DNA of 64,000 bases from Carcharhinus longimanus (GCA_030264375.1 JASCQW010000061.1:54819820-54883819), one strand, 5' to 3'. Shown: positions 35,222-48,200, numbered from the stretch's first letter. Program-made: numbers and translations. Notes: a model not told the origin generated them from the letters alone.

Positions 35222-36830
35222 ATGTAGTGAAAAGTATTGTTTCTTCTGCGCTGTACAGACAAAGCATGCTATACATAGAGTACGTAAGAGAGAAAGAAAG
35301 GAGAGGTGTCAGAATGTAGTGTTTCAATCNNNTGGCAGCAGGGAAAAAGCTGTTCTTGAGTTGGTTGGTACGTGACCTCAGAATTTTGTATCTTTTTCCC
35401 AAGGTAAGAAGCTGGAAGAGAGTGTGTCTGGGATGTGTGGGGTCCTTGATCATGCTGGCTGCTATTCCGAGGCAGAGGAAAGTGTAGACAGAGTCAATGG
35501 ATGGGAGGTTGGTTTGTGTGATGGACTGGGCTACTTTCACAACACTTTGTAGTTTCTTCCAGCCTTGGTCAGAGCAGGAGCCATACCGACCTGTGAGACA
35601 TCAGAAAGGGTGCTTTCAATAGCGCATCTACAAAAATTGCTGAGAGTCATAGCGGACATATCAAATTCCTTTAGCCTTCTTAGCATTGGCATGGAAGGAC
35701 GAGAATTGGTTGTTGGTGACCTGGACACCTAGAAACCTGATGCTCTTGACCATTTCCAGTTCTATATAACAAATCCAGATATGATCTACAGAGAATCATC
35801 AAAGATGTCAAGAGACAGTACAGGACCAAGCTAGAGTTCCAGGCTCGCTACACAGACTCTCATCAACCATGGCAAGGTCTGCAAGATATAACAGGCTACA
35901 AGATGAAGGTATGAAGAATCACAGGCACAAATGCACCCTCCCTAATGAGCTCAATACATTCTATGCCTGTTTTAAGCAAGAGATCAGCAAGGCCACACCA
36001 TCTATCCAGGAAGCCTCAGCCGAACCTGCATCCAAGGTCACCATCGCAAATATCAAAATGTAAATCCCGCCTGAAGTCAATGGACCTTTCTACAATCCAC
36101 CCCTTGTCTGCTCAAATTCCCGTGGCGGGCGGGCCAGCAAAATTTGCTGTACTGTGTGTCATCATTGTTTGTGATCTGACCCACTGCTGTGGATGAACTG
36201 GAAATGGTCAAGAGCTTCAGTTTTCTAGGTGTCCAGGTCACCTGACTTGAATGCCTCAGTCCTGGACTTCAGCAAGTAGTGGCTATCTCTGTTCATCCCT
36301 GTTTTCAGGTGGCGAAGCACATGGATTTGCTTCGCTGGCACACAGTCTTCTACGCACTTAGTAAAAATACTTGTTACTGCGGTGGCATGCTTATTCAGGT
36401 TGTTGTGGAATTCTTAAATACTGACCAGTCAACTGATATGAAGTAGTCCCATAAAAGATCATCCAATTCCTCAGACCAACATTGCATGCCTTTCTTTATT
36501 GGATTCTCGCGCTTCAGTTTTTACTTGTAAGCCAGGAGCAGGAGCACAGCCTTGTGGTCTGATTTGCCAAAGTGTGGGTGAGTGATAGAGCAGTAGGCAT
36601 GTTTAATGTTTGTATAGCAGTGTTCTAGGATGTTTGGATCTCTGGTAGAACCGGAGACGTGTTGGTGGTATCTTGGTAGGGCATTCTTGAGCTTAGCTTG
36701 GTTGAAGTCACTGGCCATGATGAACAATTTTTGGTGGTGTATATTTCATTCAGTGCAGTCTTCATGTCCACATGTAGAAGAACATATTTCAGAGCATGGT
36801 GGCAGCAGCGGATACATCAACACAAAAAAC
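35222..36830 (-). mobile_element. Rearranged Rex1/Babar LINE with an internal inversion
   Basis: Minus strand: APE region DFNQAKLKNALPRYHQHV..HPHFGKSDHKAVLLL (36521-36727) and C-terminus TNLPSIDSVYT..NSFFPAA (35222-35762). The segment 35763-36242 reads on the plus strand (LYNKSRYDLQRIIKDVKRQYRTKLE..WQGLQDITGYK). Confidence 0.85.
36061..36148. mobile_element. Family M1 MITE fragment inside the Rex1
   Basis: AAATCCCGCC..TCAATGGAC..TTCCCGTGGCGGGCGGGCCAGCAAAATT, similar to 1364-1504. Confidence 0.5.
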
Positions 36831-37521
36831 ACATCAGTATTATTGAAGGAACCATAAAATGAACAAACCTTTGAAAGCAGCTTGTAAAGAAAATGCCAGC
36901 GGAAGGAGGCAGACTGGTGACAGGTAAGGATGACTGTATCTGGTGAGCAGTCCCTACCCTTGTCCTGCTTGTTTGACTGCCTCGAGGACCTGACAGTAGT
37001 GGGATTTATCGTAACACCATTTTATCTGAGTAACATCAGGCATTTATGAAAAGAATCAAAAGCTTATAGTTTTTTTTTATATAGTAGGTCCAATAGCAGA
37101 TGACATTCTCCTAAGGCAGGGATTGCAGGAGTCCACTGCGGATCTTGACTTTATTATCAAACCTTTGCCACTTACTTTAGCTGAAGCAAAATTTAGTAAT
37201 TGAATGAGCATGTTTTAATCAGTGCTCATAACAATCTGGGGAATCGATTGAATTACTTCTAATGAATATGGGGTATTGAAGGATGAGCTAATCCATGATT
37301 GCACAGTCTTGAGCCTCCAGGGTGAAAAACTCTGATTTTCTGCAGATCAAAGATGATCTTACTTTGGATTAATTGGTCTAATGTGTAAGGCAGGCTGAGC
37401 TTTGAACATTTAATCGGGCTATAAATTGGGGTGAGTCCAAGGCTTCACATGATGCCAAAGATTGGTTTTTCCGTTGGGCAGAGGCTCCACGCACATGAAA
37501 ACCCAGCACAGATGCCATATC

Positions 37522-37540
37522 TGCCCAGCAGAGGGCACAG
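37522..37540 (+). promoter_or_regulatory. Candidate CTCF site
   Basis: TGCCCAGCAGAGGGCACAG fits the CTCF core CCASYAGRKGGCRS and lies in non-repeat DNA. Motif match only. Confidence 0.3.
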
Positions 37541-37674
37541 AACGCTTCCAGTTTGGCAAAACTGGGCATTTCAACAGTTTCTGCAACACCAACAATTTTA
37601 ATTGAAGATGAAAACAAGCAAATATTTATGAAGCAGATTCCATCCAAGATATGGATATCAAGAGAAAAAACAGA

Positions 37675-38775
37675 GGTGGAATTCTTCCATTTTGAGACTA
37701 AGTTTGGATGGCTTTGATGGCATCATTCCCACTAGCCAGAGCGATGGCTTCCTGCAACTGACTCTGTGCTTGGAATCTCATTAATTATGTAAGGCACATC
37801 CCCCTCCAAGTCACCTGCCAGGCTGGTAGCTGACCTGTCTGCCTGCTGTCAGCTTGTGGGTTTGAGCATCCCGGACCTATGTTTAAAAATTAGTCCAGCA
37901 CATTCATATCACATTCTCCAGCTCACCTGACTTCGCCAGACTATGCAGGATGTCAGTGTCACAGAGGGAAAAGGCTAGCTATCTCCAGAATCCTGCCCCT
38001 GAGCCCATCACCTGCGAGGCAACCATGCCCCAAATAGACCACTACATACCACACCTAGAGTCTTTGTGCATCCGCTTCTAGGAAATGATACTTGTCTGTA
38101 AGCATTTTGTGAAGCTTTGACGGGGTCTAGCTTCCCTCACCTTGGCCTTCCCTCTGCTTTCCATTGATCACCTTCTTCATCCACCTCCTTGTCCCTCTGT
38201 CTGCCATTGTGAGCACTTGACATATCCCCCACCTCCTTGCTCAACTCTCCTGCCACATTGCCTCCCTTGTCTTCGTCAGGCAATGCCTTTCACCCCTGTC
38301 CCCATGTCCCCCCGTCCCCCGTTCCCCACCCCCACCTTCACCTGGCACTCCAACCCTGTTCGAGGTTTGGACTTCGGTTGTGGTGGCCACAGGAGTCCCG
38401 CAGCACAGTGCTGTGCAGAAAGACTTTGGTGTCTAGGGGGCAAGGAGACCCCTGTACCCTCCAACCACAGGCACAGTACGGAACCAAGATGATGACACAG
38501 GAGTGTCCATGGGCTGAGCAGGATGGTGCTGCCCATGAAGACCAGCTTGACACACAGATGGAGAGCAAGAACCAGTATGCCCTGGCAGAGTTGTGTACAG
38601 CGCATCGGGAGCAGTGCAGCCTTATGGTACTCACCCTTAAGTCTCTTGAAAACTGAGGACTGCTGAAGTGCCAGAGAAGTCTGGAGAGAAAACCTGCTGG
38701 TTTTTCTGGAGGGGAAACATGAATTTTTAATCAGAACCTGACAGTTTGCCTTTTTTTCCCACCCACATTTCACAT
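37675..38775. mobile_element. Harbinger-derived non-autonomous element
   Basis: Starts GGTGGAATTCTTCC. Subterminal CTCATTAATTATG, GC-rich decayed interior, no intact ORF. Confidence 0.4.
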
Positions 38776-39349
38776 TTTTATTGAAAGTAAGATAGTATAC
38801 TTGGGTGGAAGTGTAATATAAAGAGTTAACAAATGGGATATGCTAATGTACGACATTGATGATGATGTACTACTTACATCAGTATTAGATGAAAGAAAGA
38901 GAGAGAGGTTGGAACCGCACTTAGGAGANNNNNNNNNNNNNNNNNNNNNNNNNNNNNNNNNNNNNNNNNNNNNNNNNNNNNNNNNNNNNNNNNNNNNNNN
39001 NNNNNNNNNNNNNNNNNNNNNNNNNNNNNNNNNNNNNNNNNNNNNNNNNNNNNNNNNNNNNNNNNNNNNNNNNNNNNNNNNNNNNNNNNNNNNNNNNNNN
39101 NNNNNNNNNNNNNNNNNNNNNNNNNNNNNNNNNNNNNNNNNNNNNNNNNNNNNNNNNNNNNNNNNNNNNNNNNNNNNNNNNNNNNNNNNNNNNNAGATGC
39201 TGGAGATATGGGTAGGAAAGAGGCAATGCGGAGCAGGAGTTCTGGATGTAGGTACATGGCTGAATGGCTGTAGACCAGGGGGAATGTAGTAGTACAGCAA
39301 TCCAGTACAGGAGTAGGAAAATGGAATAGGCACGGGAATGGTGAGAGGA

Positions 39350-39635
39350 GCAGAAAATAGAAAGCATAAAATGGTCTGAAGGAGACCATTTATTCCATCA
39401 TGCCTGTGTCAGACAAATCCTAATCCAGCTGAATTCTGCTTTGTAGCTCTTGGTCCGTCGCTATATAGGTCACTGCACTTCCCACCCATATCCAAACACT
39501 TGTTAAATGAGGTGGGGGTTTCTGTCTCTATTACTCATTTATGCAGTTTTAGAAACCCTAACCACCCTCTGTGTGAAAATATATTTCTCAACACCTCCTA
39601 ATCCTTTCACCAATTATTTTATATCTATGAGCCCT
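39350..39635 (-). mobile_element. Old CR1 3' remnant
   Basis: GGAGACCATTTATTCCATCATGCCTGTG..ACCACCCTCTGTGTGAAAATATTT (antisense of the CR1 FFTQRVV motif). Confidence 0.6.
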
Positions 39636-40597
39636 GGGCCTGGGTTTAACAGTGCACTGTGTCTCTGGGCATCCATTCTCTGCAGAGCCCAGAGTGGAGG
39701 GCTGAAGTGGGGGATGATCCTGAGGAGGTATGGGGTGCTTCCAAAAGTATCCCTCCACCCTTGCCCGTCACAGCTGAAGCTGCCAGACTTTCTGCAGAGC
39801 AGGTCCTCCCCATGTTGCAGGTAAAATACCTACAGTGGCAGGATGAGGCCCTTAAGTGGGCATTAATTCTATCCAATAACCCCTACCTCCTGCTGTGGGA
39901 AATCATGTTGGGATGGGCATGAATGGACTGATGGCATGATGCCTAAACTTACAGGCCCATCCACAGGTGGCTTGNNNNNNNNNNNNNNNNNNNNNNNNNN
40001 NNNNNNNNNNNNNNNNNNNNNNNNNNNNNNNNNNNNNNNNNNNNNNNNNNNNNNNNNNNNNNNNNNNNNNNNNNGTGGCTTGTAGAATTCAGAAGTGTAC
40101 AGATTCACCATTTAAATATATTATTTTCTACTGACTTTATAACAATTGTATCATATATGTTATCCTGAGTCTCAGAATTATCTTTGTAACTCTTCTCCCA
40201 GTTCGCCCTTCTCCACTGATCTCTGTAGATGCCCTCTAAGTCCAGTGAACATTTGATTAATTGTAAGTATTCAAATCAAGATATCAGCTTAAAATTTGGG
40301 CTGAATTGCATTCCATTTTTCAGCTGATGCTTTCCTTAAATGGTGGGCAGGAAATGTGTACACACTTCCAGTGGAGATCCTGGCTCTCTGTATTGGGTAG
40401 AACAAACAAGAGGTATAAGGACAATCCCATTGAGGCAAACAAACAACAAAACCAGCATGAGAAAGGATTTTCTTTTAGTTATGCCAGACATGCTATAAAA
40501 ATAAGGTTGATAACAAGAGGAGTGAAAAAGTCCTATGAACTGATCATCTATGTGTCTGAAATGTGGAAGTGAAAGTGTTATAAATATAACAGATTGG

Positions 40598-41270
40598 TAA
40601 TTAAGGACCCCATGTACTCTGGGCATATTCTCTTTCACCTTCTTCCGTCAGGAGAAAGGTACAAAACTCTGAGGACACGTACCAACCAACTCAAGAACAG
40701 CTGCTTCCCTGCTGCCATCAGACTTTTGAATGGAACTACCTCANNNNNNNNNNNNNNNNNNNNNNNNNNNNNNNNNNNNNNNNNNNNNNNNNNNNNNNNN
40801 NNNNNNNNNNNNNNNNNNNNNNNNNNNNNNNNNNNNNNNNNNNNNNNNNNNNNNNNNNNNNNNNNNNNNNNNNNNNNNNNNNNNNNNNNNNNNNNNNNNN
40901 NNNNNNNNNNNNNNNNNNNNNNNNNNNNNNNNNNNNNNNNNNNNNNNNNNNNNNNNNNNNNNNNNNNNNNNNNNNNNNNNNNNNNNNNNNNNNNNNNNNN
41001 NNNNNNNNNNNNNNNNNNNNNNNNNNNNNNNNNNNNNNNNNNNNNNNNNNNNNNNNNNNNNNNNNNNNNNNNNNNNNNNNNNNNNNNNNNNNNNNNNNNN
41101 NNNNNNNNNNNNNNNNNNNNNNNNNNNNNNNNNNNNNNNNNNNNNTTTCCCTCCCCCCAAAATACTCTATAAACGGTATGTTTTATGTGTAGGGTGCACA
41201 AGAAACAATACTTTTCATTATATCCCAATACATGTGACAATAATAAATCAAACCAAAGCAAATCAATCAA
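40598..41270 (+). mobile_element. Rex1/Babar LINE 3' end (gapped)
   Basis: IKDPMYSGHILFHLLPSGERYKTLRTRTNQLKNSCFPAAIRLLNG, with tail GTGACAATAATAAATCAAA. Confidence 0.85.
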
Positions 41271-41654
41271 TGTTCCTAAATACAACTGCAATATTTTTGT
41301 GGGTTTATAAGTTTTCCTAATATTTGAATGAATCACAGCAATGGACTAAGGTTTAATTTTTTTTCAATTTTAATATTTAATCTGACAAGGAATAAAAGAA
41401 CTATGCCTCTGGAACTGCATCGATATCGATAATGAACCAACATCTTAAACATTCCTGACTTCCTGTGAATTATAATTTGTAGACCCCAACTGCTACAATG
41501 TATGTATTTGTATCCCAAACTGGGAGAAAACAAGAAAAATCCATGTGTCCACTATTATAATGAAAATAATCTTATTGGATATATATATAAATGTGAGCCT
41601 CCTAGCCTTGTGAGGGGGCATAGAGACTAAATATGGAGACTAGTCACTAAGGTA

Positions 41655-42035
41655 GTTTTCCTCCTTTCGTTCCACATTCTCATTCTCTCACCATTTCCAT
41701 CCCTTCTCACCCCACTCTCCTTTTCTTTCACTGTTCCCTCTTATCCACTTTATTTCCCCATCAGCATTCACATCCTGTCCACTGTGCCAGGTCTTCTCTC
41801 TTCAAATTTCCCTCTTGTTCCTCATTCCTTCTCCTTCCCATCTCCCTTACTCTTCCTTATACTTTACACCATCTCTCCCTTCCATTTTCTCCCTCTCCAA
41901 CCTGCAATCCTTCCCCTTCTTTTCTCCTCTATACCCATTTACACATACTCCTCCTCCTGCCTCTTTTCTTTAATTATTTCTGACAACTACCTGGATCAAT
42001 ACTCTTCTCAACTTTCCTCTCTTACTCCTTCCATC
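41655..42035 (+). repeat. Pyrimidine-rich low-complexity tract
   Basis: About 380 bp of mostly C/T on the plus strand. Confidence 0.7.
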
Positions 42036-42436
42036 ATTTAGTTGATCGACAAGGCTGCTTCTCCAGGCAGTTCGGCAAACTTTAAATGTAATCCACTAAC
42101 ATCAAGGTGCAAAGACACAAAATAACAAAGAAACTGCAACAGATTAAACTCATTGGAACTGTTAGTTTTACCAGGACAAGTATGAGAATAGATAACTTGA
42201 CAGCACTTCATCCTTGGAGGATTCTGTTCTCCAAGATAGTTTGACTGGATTGAGGTAGTGGTAGTAATCAGGTGAAAAGGGAGGAGATTGAAGAGGTATA
42301 TTAGGCAGAGGGGTATATTAGGCAGAGGCAGAATTAAAAGGGGGCTACATAAAGCATAATATTGAAATGCAAGAGCCTGAGAAAAATGAAATGAAATGCT
42401 ATGTCTCAAAAGAAGTGATATTAAAAGGTGAGCACG

Positions 42437-42929
42437 TGGGGGAACGGCAAATTGTGCGGAGGGTGTGGAGAGTCTACAGAAGGATCTAGATAGGCTGGGC
42501 GAATGGGCCAGGANNNNNNNNNNNNNNNNNNNNNNNNNNNNNNNNNNNNNNNNNNNNNNNNNNNNNNNNNNNNNNNNNNNNNNNNNNNNNNNNNNNNNNN
42601 NNNNNNNNNNNNNNNNNNNNNNNNNNNNNNNNNNNNNNNNNNNNNNNNNNNNNNNNNNNNNNNNNNNNNNNNNNNNNNNNNNNNNNNNNNNNNNNNNNNN
42701 NNNNNNNNNNNNNNNNNNNNNNNNNNNNNNNNNNNNNNNNNNNNNNNNNNNNNNNNNNNNNNNNNNNNNNNNNNNNNNNNNNNNNNNNNNNNNNNNNNNN
42801 NNNNNNNNNNNNNNNNNNNNNNNNNNNNNNNNNNNNNNNNNNNNNNNNNNNNNNNNATTGAATGGCGGGGCAGGCTCAAAGGGCCAGATGGCCTACTCCT
42901 GCTCCTATTTCTTATGTTCTTATGTTCTT
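42437..42929 (+). mobile_element. Young 5'-truncated CR1/HER1 (gapped)
   Basis: ESLQKDLDRLGEWAR, then a gap, then tail CCTACTCCTGCTCCTATTTCTTATGTTCTTATGTTCTT. Confidence 0.9.
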
Positions 42930-43480
42930 AAGTGAAGTTTAATTAGGTTGGAGATTAAAATATGTGATTGCGATGGGATGCTTATGTACAATAAAACATT
43001 GTTGATTAAAAATAACTCGAGGAAAGGGTTCTGATCTTCATGTGGAACTCACAGGAGCAGACAAGAGGAGATAGGGTACCCAGTGTGTGTGACTCAGGGT
43101 CAATAGCAAGGCCAGTCAATCAGCAGACTGACACCCACTTTGAGTTGGAGTCATTGGGGTTAGGAGATGGAGGCTGATATAATTAGCCTGACGATTGGCA
43201 AAGAAAAGAACAAATCTCTGAGGGAGCCAAGGAAGTGAGGGTGTTGGACGGAGTAATGCTGGAAAAAGTAGCAGGGAAGGTAGGAAAGTCTGTGAAGCTG
43301 CTCAAGTAGATTAGAGTCATGTCTCGCACAGAAGGACATGGGGAAATTGTTATTGTTGGGTATGTTTCACTCAAGAAAGTGAATAACCCACTGTAGGATT
43401 AGCCCTGGAAACTGATCATAGCACATCCTACTCAGACTCCTTGAGGTAATTATGACTGTAGATGATTGTGTAAAACACAA

Positions 43481-43608
43481 TGGCCGGAATTTTACTGCCC
43501 TGCCTGCCATGAGAATTGGAGCGGGTGAGGGGCAGCCAAAGGGATGGTCTATTGGCCTCGGGTGGGAGCTTATGGTTTTGGGACGATTGAGACTGTAAAA
43601 TCCCGCCC
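43481..43608. mobile_element. Family M1 MITE
   Basis: TIR TGGCCGGAATTTTAC / GTAAAATCCCGCCC. Confidence 0.7.
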
Positions 43609-44046
43609 ATCAAGTCAATGCAGTTGAGCTGCTGATGGCTGAAATGATATTCCTCATTTTACATTATCCTGCCTCAGCTAACTCAAAATTACCCCCATTC
43701 ATTTTTCAGGTCTTTAAAACAATGGATTTAAAAACAAAATCCCTGTTAGTCTTTCTGGTTAGTAATCCTAAAGATGGATCTTTAGGTAGCTGGAGTTAAA
43801 ATGGTCCATCCAACTGCTTAATGTTACCTGTCTGAATAAAATCATGGCATTGCTGAACTATCTGCTTAATATGTGTGCCATTCTTACCCAGCCATAAAAT
43901 GTATGTCAGTAATTTTTCTCACATAATTCAGAAACTACTTAAGTAACCAACTACTTTATAACTTACATTGATGGCTAAGGTGAGATTGAAAAATGGATTT
44001 ATTTATATTAATGTAGCAACCAAGATCAACAAAAAGATGCAATTCG

Positions 44047-44184
44047 TGGCCTGATTTCTCTGATGCCTGAAGTCCTGCTCCCACTGCCAGTGAGAACAGA
44101 GAGTTTGGTGCTCAGCCAAAACTCTATTCACTATAGCGGGACCAGAGAATACTAACCACGGGCATGTTCAGAGATATCCAGCCA
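44047..44184. mobile_element. Family M2 MITE
   Basis: TIR TGGCCTGATTTCTCTGA / TCAGAGATATCCAGCCA (14/17 match). Core GAGTTTGGTGCTCAGCCAAAACTC. Confidence 0.7.
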
Positions 44185-44367
44185 GTATGTTTGCAGGGTT
44201 ATTATATGCTACATATCACAAACCCTTTCTCTGTTTAATGCAACTATTTATGGCAGACTCATCTTTTGAAAATTAGATGCAGCTGAAAAATTATGCAGGA
44301 ATGCTTCTGGGAGTACAGAAAATCTTTGTGGATGATTTGTTTGTATGATTGGAAAATACTTGGATAT

Positions 44368-44590
44368 ATCATAGAATGGTGCAGAACAGAAGGGGAACTT
44401 TTAGCCCATCGAGCTTGTTCCGGTTCTTTCGAAGAGCAATTCAGTTAGTGTCATTCCTCAACTCTTTCCACATATCTTTGCAATGTTTCCCTTTCAAAGA
44501 TTTATCCAATTCTTTTTTGAAATCTATTGAATCAATTTCTATTAGCTATCATTTGAATCCTAATCATTTGTTGTATGAAAAGGCTTTTTA
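44368..44590 (-). mobile_element. Old CR1 3' tail remnant
   Basis: CATAGAATGG..CAGAAGGGGA..AGCCCATCGAGCTTGTTCCGG..TTATCCAATTC. Confidence 0.6.
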
Positions 44591-44619
44591 TATCTGAGCA
44601 ATTCGGGACAGTGTTTCCA

Positions 44620-44695
44620 ACTGATTCTGGAGACAGTCTGACTGATTCTGAAGATTGACTGATTCTGGAGTGAGACTGATTGATTCTGGAGACAA
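44620..44695. repeat. Short imperfect tandem repeat (unit ~GACTGATTCTGGAGA)
   Basis: Four copies of TGATTCTG(G/A)AG with 6-12-nt variable linkers. Confidence 0.7.
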
Positions 44696-44819
44696 ATCCA
44701 TGCTAAGCATTGGAGACTGTTGGGAGTGATGGTGCCTTGAAGGAGCACAGGCAAGATTTTGGCTTCAGTGTCCAGGGGACTACATAGGGACTACTGCAAT
44801 GTGCAAGAAGGGAGTAATT

Positions 44820-46020
44820 ATAGGAAGCTCTGGAATTGGAGGTGCAGAAGATGTTTCTGTAGCTGTTATTGTGAGTCACGAATGGTGCCTCCCTGCTGCC
44901 AAGGTAAAGGGCATGGTTGAGAGGGTCCAGTATAATCTATCAAAGAAGGAGTGAGCCAGAAGTTGTACTACATTGGTAGCAATGATATAGGGAGGGTAGG
45001 TTTCTTACAGTCAGGAGCTAGGGAGGAATTTAAAAAGTAGGACTTAATGGCACAGCTGCAAATGCTGTGCAGGAACAGAGGCAGTTGGATGTTAAAATGC
45101 ATAGATCTTTGAAGGTGGCCAGACATATTGAAAGAATAGTTAGCAAAGCTTATGTAATTTTGGGTTTCATAAATAGATGAATTGCGTATAAAATCAGGAA
45201 GGAATTGCTTGATAGAGCAGACGCAGCACAGTTTCGTTAAAGGGAAGTCGTGTCTGACAAATTTACTGGAGTTCTANNNNNNNNNNNNNNNNNNNNNNNN
45301 NNNNNNNNNNNNNNNNNNNNNNNNNNNNNNNNNNNNNNNNNNNNNNNNNNNNNNNNNNNNNNNNNNNNNNNNNNNNATTGAATGGCGGGGCAGGCTCGAA
45401 GGGCCAGATGGCCTACTCCTGCTCCTATTTCTTATGTTCTTATGTTCTCATGTCATGCTGAAACTTTATAAAGTTTGGGTTAGGCCATAGTTACAATGTT
45501 GTATCTAGTTTTGATCATGACTGTTTAGGAAGAATGGGAAGGCCCTTGAGAGAGTGCACAAGAGATTCGCCAGAATGGATCCAGCAGCAAGGTAATTTTG
45601 CTATGTTAATTGGAGAAGCTGGAATTATTTTCCTTGGAGCAAAGGGAATTGGGGAAAGCTTAGTGTACAAGATTATGAATTATAGATAAGGTTGATAGAA
45701 AAAGCTGTTCCTGTTTGCCAGCAATATAAGGTCTAGGGAACACAGATTTAAGGTTTTGGGCAAGACATGAAGCGCGGATGTGAGGAAGATCACTTTTATG
45801 TAGCAAATGGTAAAGGCCTGAACTCACTGCCCACAAAGATAGTGGAAGCAGAGACGTTGAAGAATTTTAAATGGAAATTAAATTAAATTGACTAGAGATA
45901 TGAAGGAAATAAACTGGCAGGGCCATGGGGATAAATAAAGGAATTGGACTGTCTGGTCTGGTCAACAGAGAGTTGGCATGGTCGTAATGGACCAAATGGT
46001 CTTCTTCTGTGCCACAATGA
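44820..46020 (+). mobile_element. Old CR1: ORF1 SGNH-esterase remnant and ORF2 3' end, with a young CR1 nested at ~45205-45450
   Basis: ESRM-CLPAAKVKGMVERVQ..PEVV-HIGSNDIGR matches the CR1 ORF1 esterase motifs CLPGA and HIGTND. Nested QHSFVKGKSCLTNLLEF plus a young tail. Confidence 0.75.
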
Positions 46021-47419
46021 CTCACTGAGTCTTTGTAACCTTTACCTCTTTTGCCAATCACCTTTAATCTGTGGCCTTTTGTTGTTGACGCTTCTGTCCT
46101 ATTTCTTTCCTGTTTGTAAAGCTGATGGCACATTAAAACAAAAGGCCACAGAATATGTACAACGTTGACTCTTCCTGTATTTCTCCATCAATGATTCTGC
46201 AAGATAAATGGTTCCTTCAATGTGAGTTGTATCACACCAAAACTCAATTTTTAAAGAAACATTCAATGCAACGTTCCTGGTGATTGATCTGAGCCTTGAT
46301 CAAATGCACTTAGAAACTCCATTTTTTATTTCAAATATTTTCATATTTCATGATTAAAGGTCATTTACTTTAGTTTTTCTCTGGCTGCCAGTTTACTGTC
46401 ATGGAAATATGAGAAATTAATGAGCACATCTTACATGGAATGATAGTAATACTTCATTTCACATTACATTACTGTTTCCAAATCAGGCATGAGAGGATCT
46501 TTTCTCCATTTCTGCTGTTCTTTTCTTGATTTATGGAGGGGTTGAAATGGTGGACAGCAACCATCTGTGTTTCAAATCGCAAACATATGCATTCTTTCAG
46601 TGTTACAGTGAATATTCCTTGATTTACTTTTTAATTTAGTTTTTTCTGCAACCATCTTGAGAGACTGAAAGATTCCTTTTTGTCTTTTATGAATCTCTGG
46701 TTCCANNNNNNNNNNNNNNNNNNNNNNNNNNNNNNNNNNNNNNNNNNNNNNNNNNNNNNNNNNNNNNNNNNNNNNNNNNNNNNNNNNNNNNNNNNNNNNN
46801 NNNNNTTCCATTTTGGTGAGCATCAAATAAGCCTTCCTATTCTTCAGGGAAGTTCTTTGGCTGCTATTGAAATTCAAACCTATTTCTGGCCCAATGTTGC
46901 TTAACCCTTTTAATATTTTACTCCTTTTCTCCCACCTTGTTTTCTGTGCATGTCTGCAGAAGTAGCAGACGGCATTCTGTCAGGAAGTTAGGACAAGCCC
47001 CAGTAATCCTAGTTGCTTCACATTTGCATTCCATAGGCACGTGCCAGAGCATGTGAGTCTGTGATTGGGTATGGATCTATTTGTGATGAGAAAAATTATT
47101 GAGGTTGTTGCAGGATATAAGAGATTAAATCAGCTAACGCTTGAAAATAAGCATGGGGATCACAGCATTTAATTAATCCTTGTCTATCATTGCATTGTGG
47201 ACAACATATTAAATTTATACTGTCTGCATGTGTAAATAATGCTGTGAAGCCTGTGTTCTTCATGATCTGCATGTGTCTGTAGGGTCCTAATACCGTTAGT
47301 GGCTAGTGCAGGTCGCATCTTATAAAAGGAGGTATGCTGTGGCTCAAAACGTGGTTGGAGGTTTTGCAAAGTGAACCTGGGCTATGATACTTTGAAGAGT
47401 AACTGAACATTCGAAAGAC

Positions 47420-48200
47420 TAAAGAGCAAGGTTTCTGGTGGCAGAGTTATCTGCAACATGCTCAGGGAAGAAGTAATGGCTGTAGTCCGTAACTCCAAGA
47501 ACAGTGCAGGCAGAGGTTTAATGATCTGACAAGTGTTGTCAAGGTGTGTCAGTTCAACTTAAAATGGCATATCCTGTGAATAGCACGGCTAGCCTCATTC
47601 ACTGCTTAATTCATTCACCATCACCTGCCACCTCACAACTATATGTAAAACATAGGACTTAACTCTAAAATTCATATGTTTTACTTCACTCTCACATCCT
47701 TATCCCTTTTGAAAGTCTTACAACCAAAGCTCACTGCTCATATGCACTGATGACTATTGGATCATGGCAGCCTCATCACCCAAATATATTGGAAGACACT
47801 GACTGACACACTTCTCTCTTTCTTGAAGGGCCAGGGCAGCAGGGAAGAATTGGAGGGTAAGTGTGCCTGTACGTTTAAACTCCCATGGAGCAGACAGTCC
47901 TGTCAATAATGGGATATGTCATCTCTGGAGCTGTGGCCACTGGCTGGGTCAGAGGGATTGATGATAGGGGTACCTGCATACCGAATCTTCCTCTTCTCAT
48001 CTCACTTCCCCCTCTTCCCAAAGTCGTTTTTGGATTACAAACTGCAGATCTTGTAAGCATAGTCTTCCTACATTCTCCTCTCTGCTCTCCTGAATACAAC
48101 CTAACACTTGTTCCTTTTTCATATCAGATTTCTAAGAACTGGAATCTTTCCAGTTAGAGGAAGGAGAAAGTGAAGATTTTAAACTCACGATCACCAGCTC
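47420..48200 (+). pseudogene. Harbinger Myb/SANT (trihelix) partner-gene remnant, spliced
   Basis: 47502-47543 encodes QCRQRFNDLTSVVK followed by a GT donor (compare QCRKKFNDL). Next exon 47829-47969: ..RIGG..TPMEQTVLSIMG..AVATG..GIDD (compare RTGGG..LTPMEE.VL.I.G). Frameshifted. Confidence 0.65.

Noticed and set aside
38142-38773. Cluster of overlapping 98-165-aa ORFs
   Set aside because: They lie in the GC-rich interior of a non-autonomous DNA element, are open on both strands and have no recognisable domain.
44620-44695. Repeat-spacer-like pattern (TGATTCTGGAG units)
   Set aside because: Units are about 11-15 nt with tiny, related linkers, in a eukaryotic context with no cas genes. It is a simple imperfect tandem repeat, not CRISPR.
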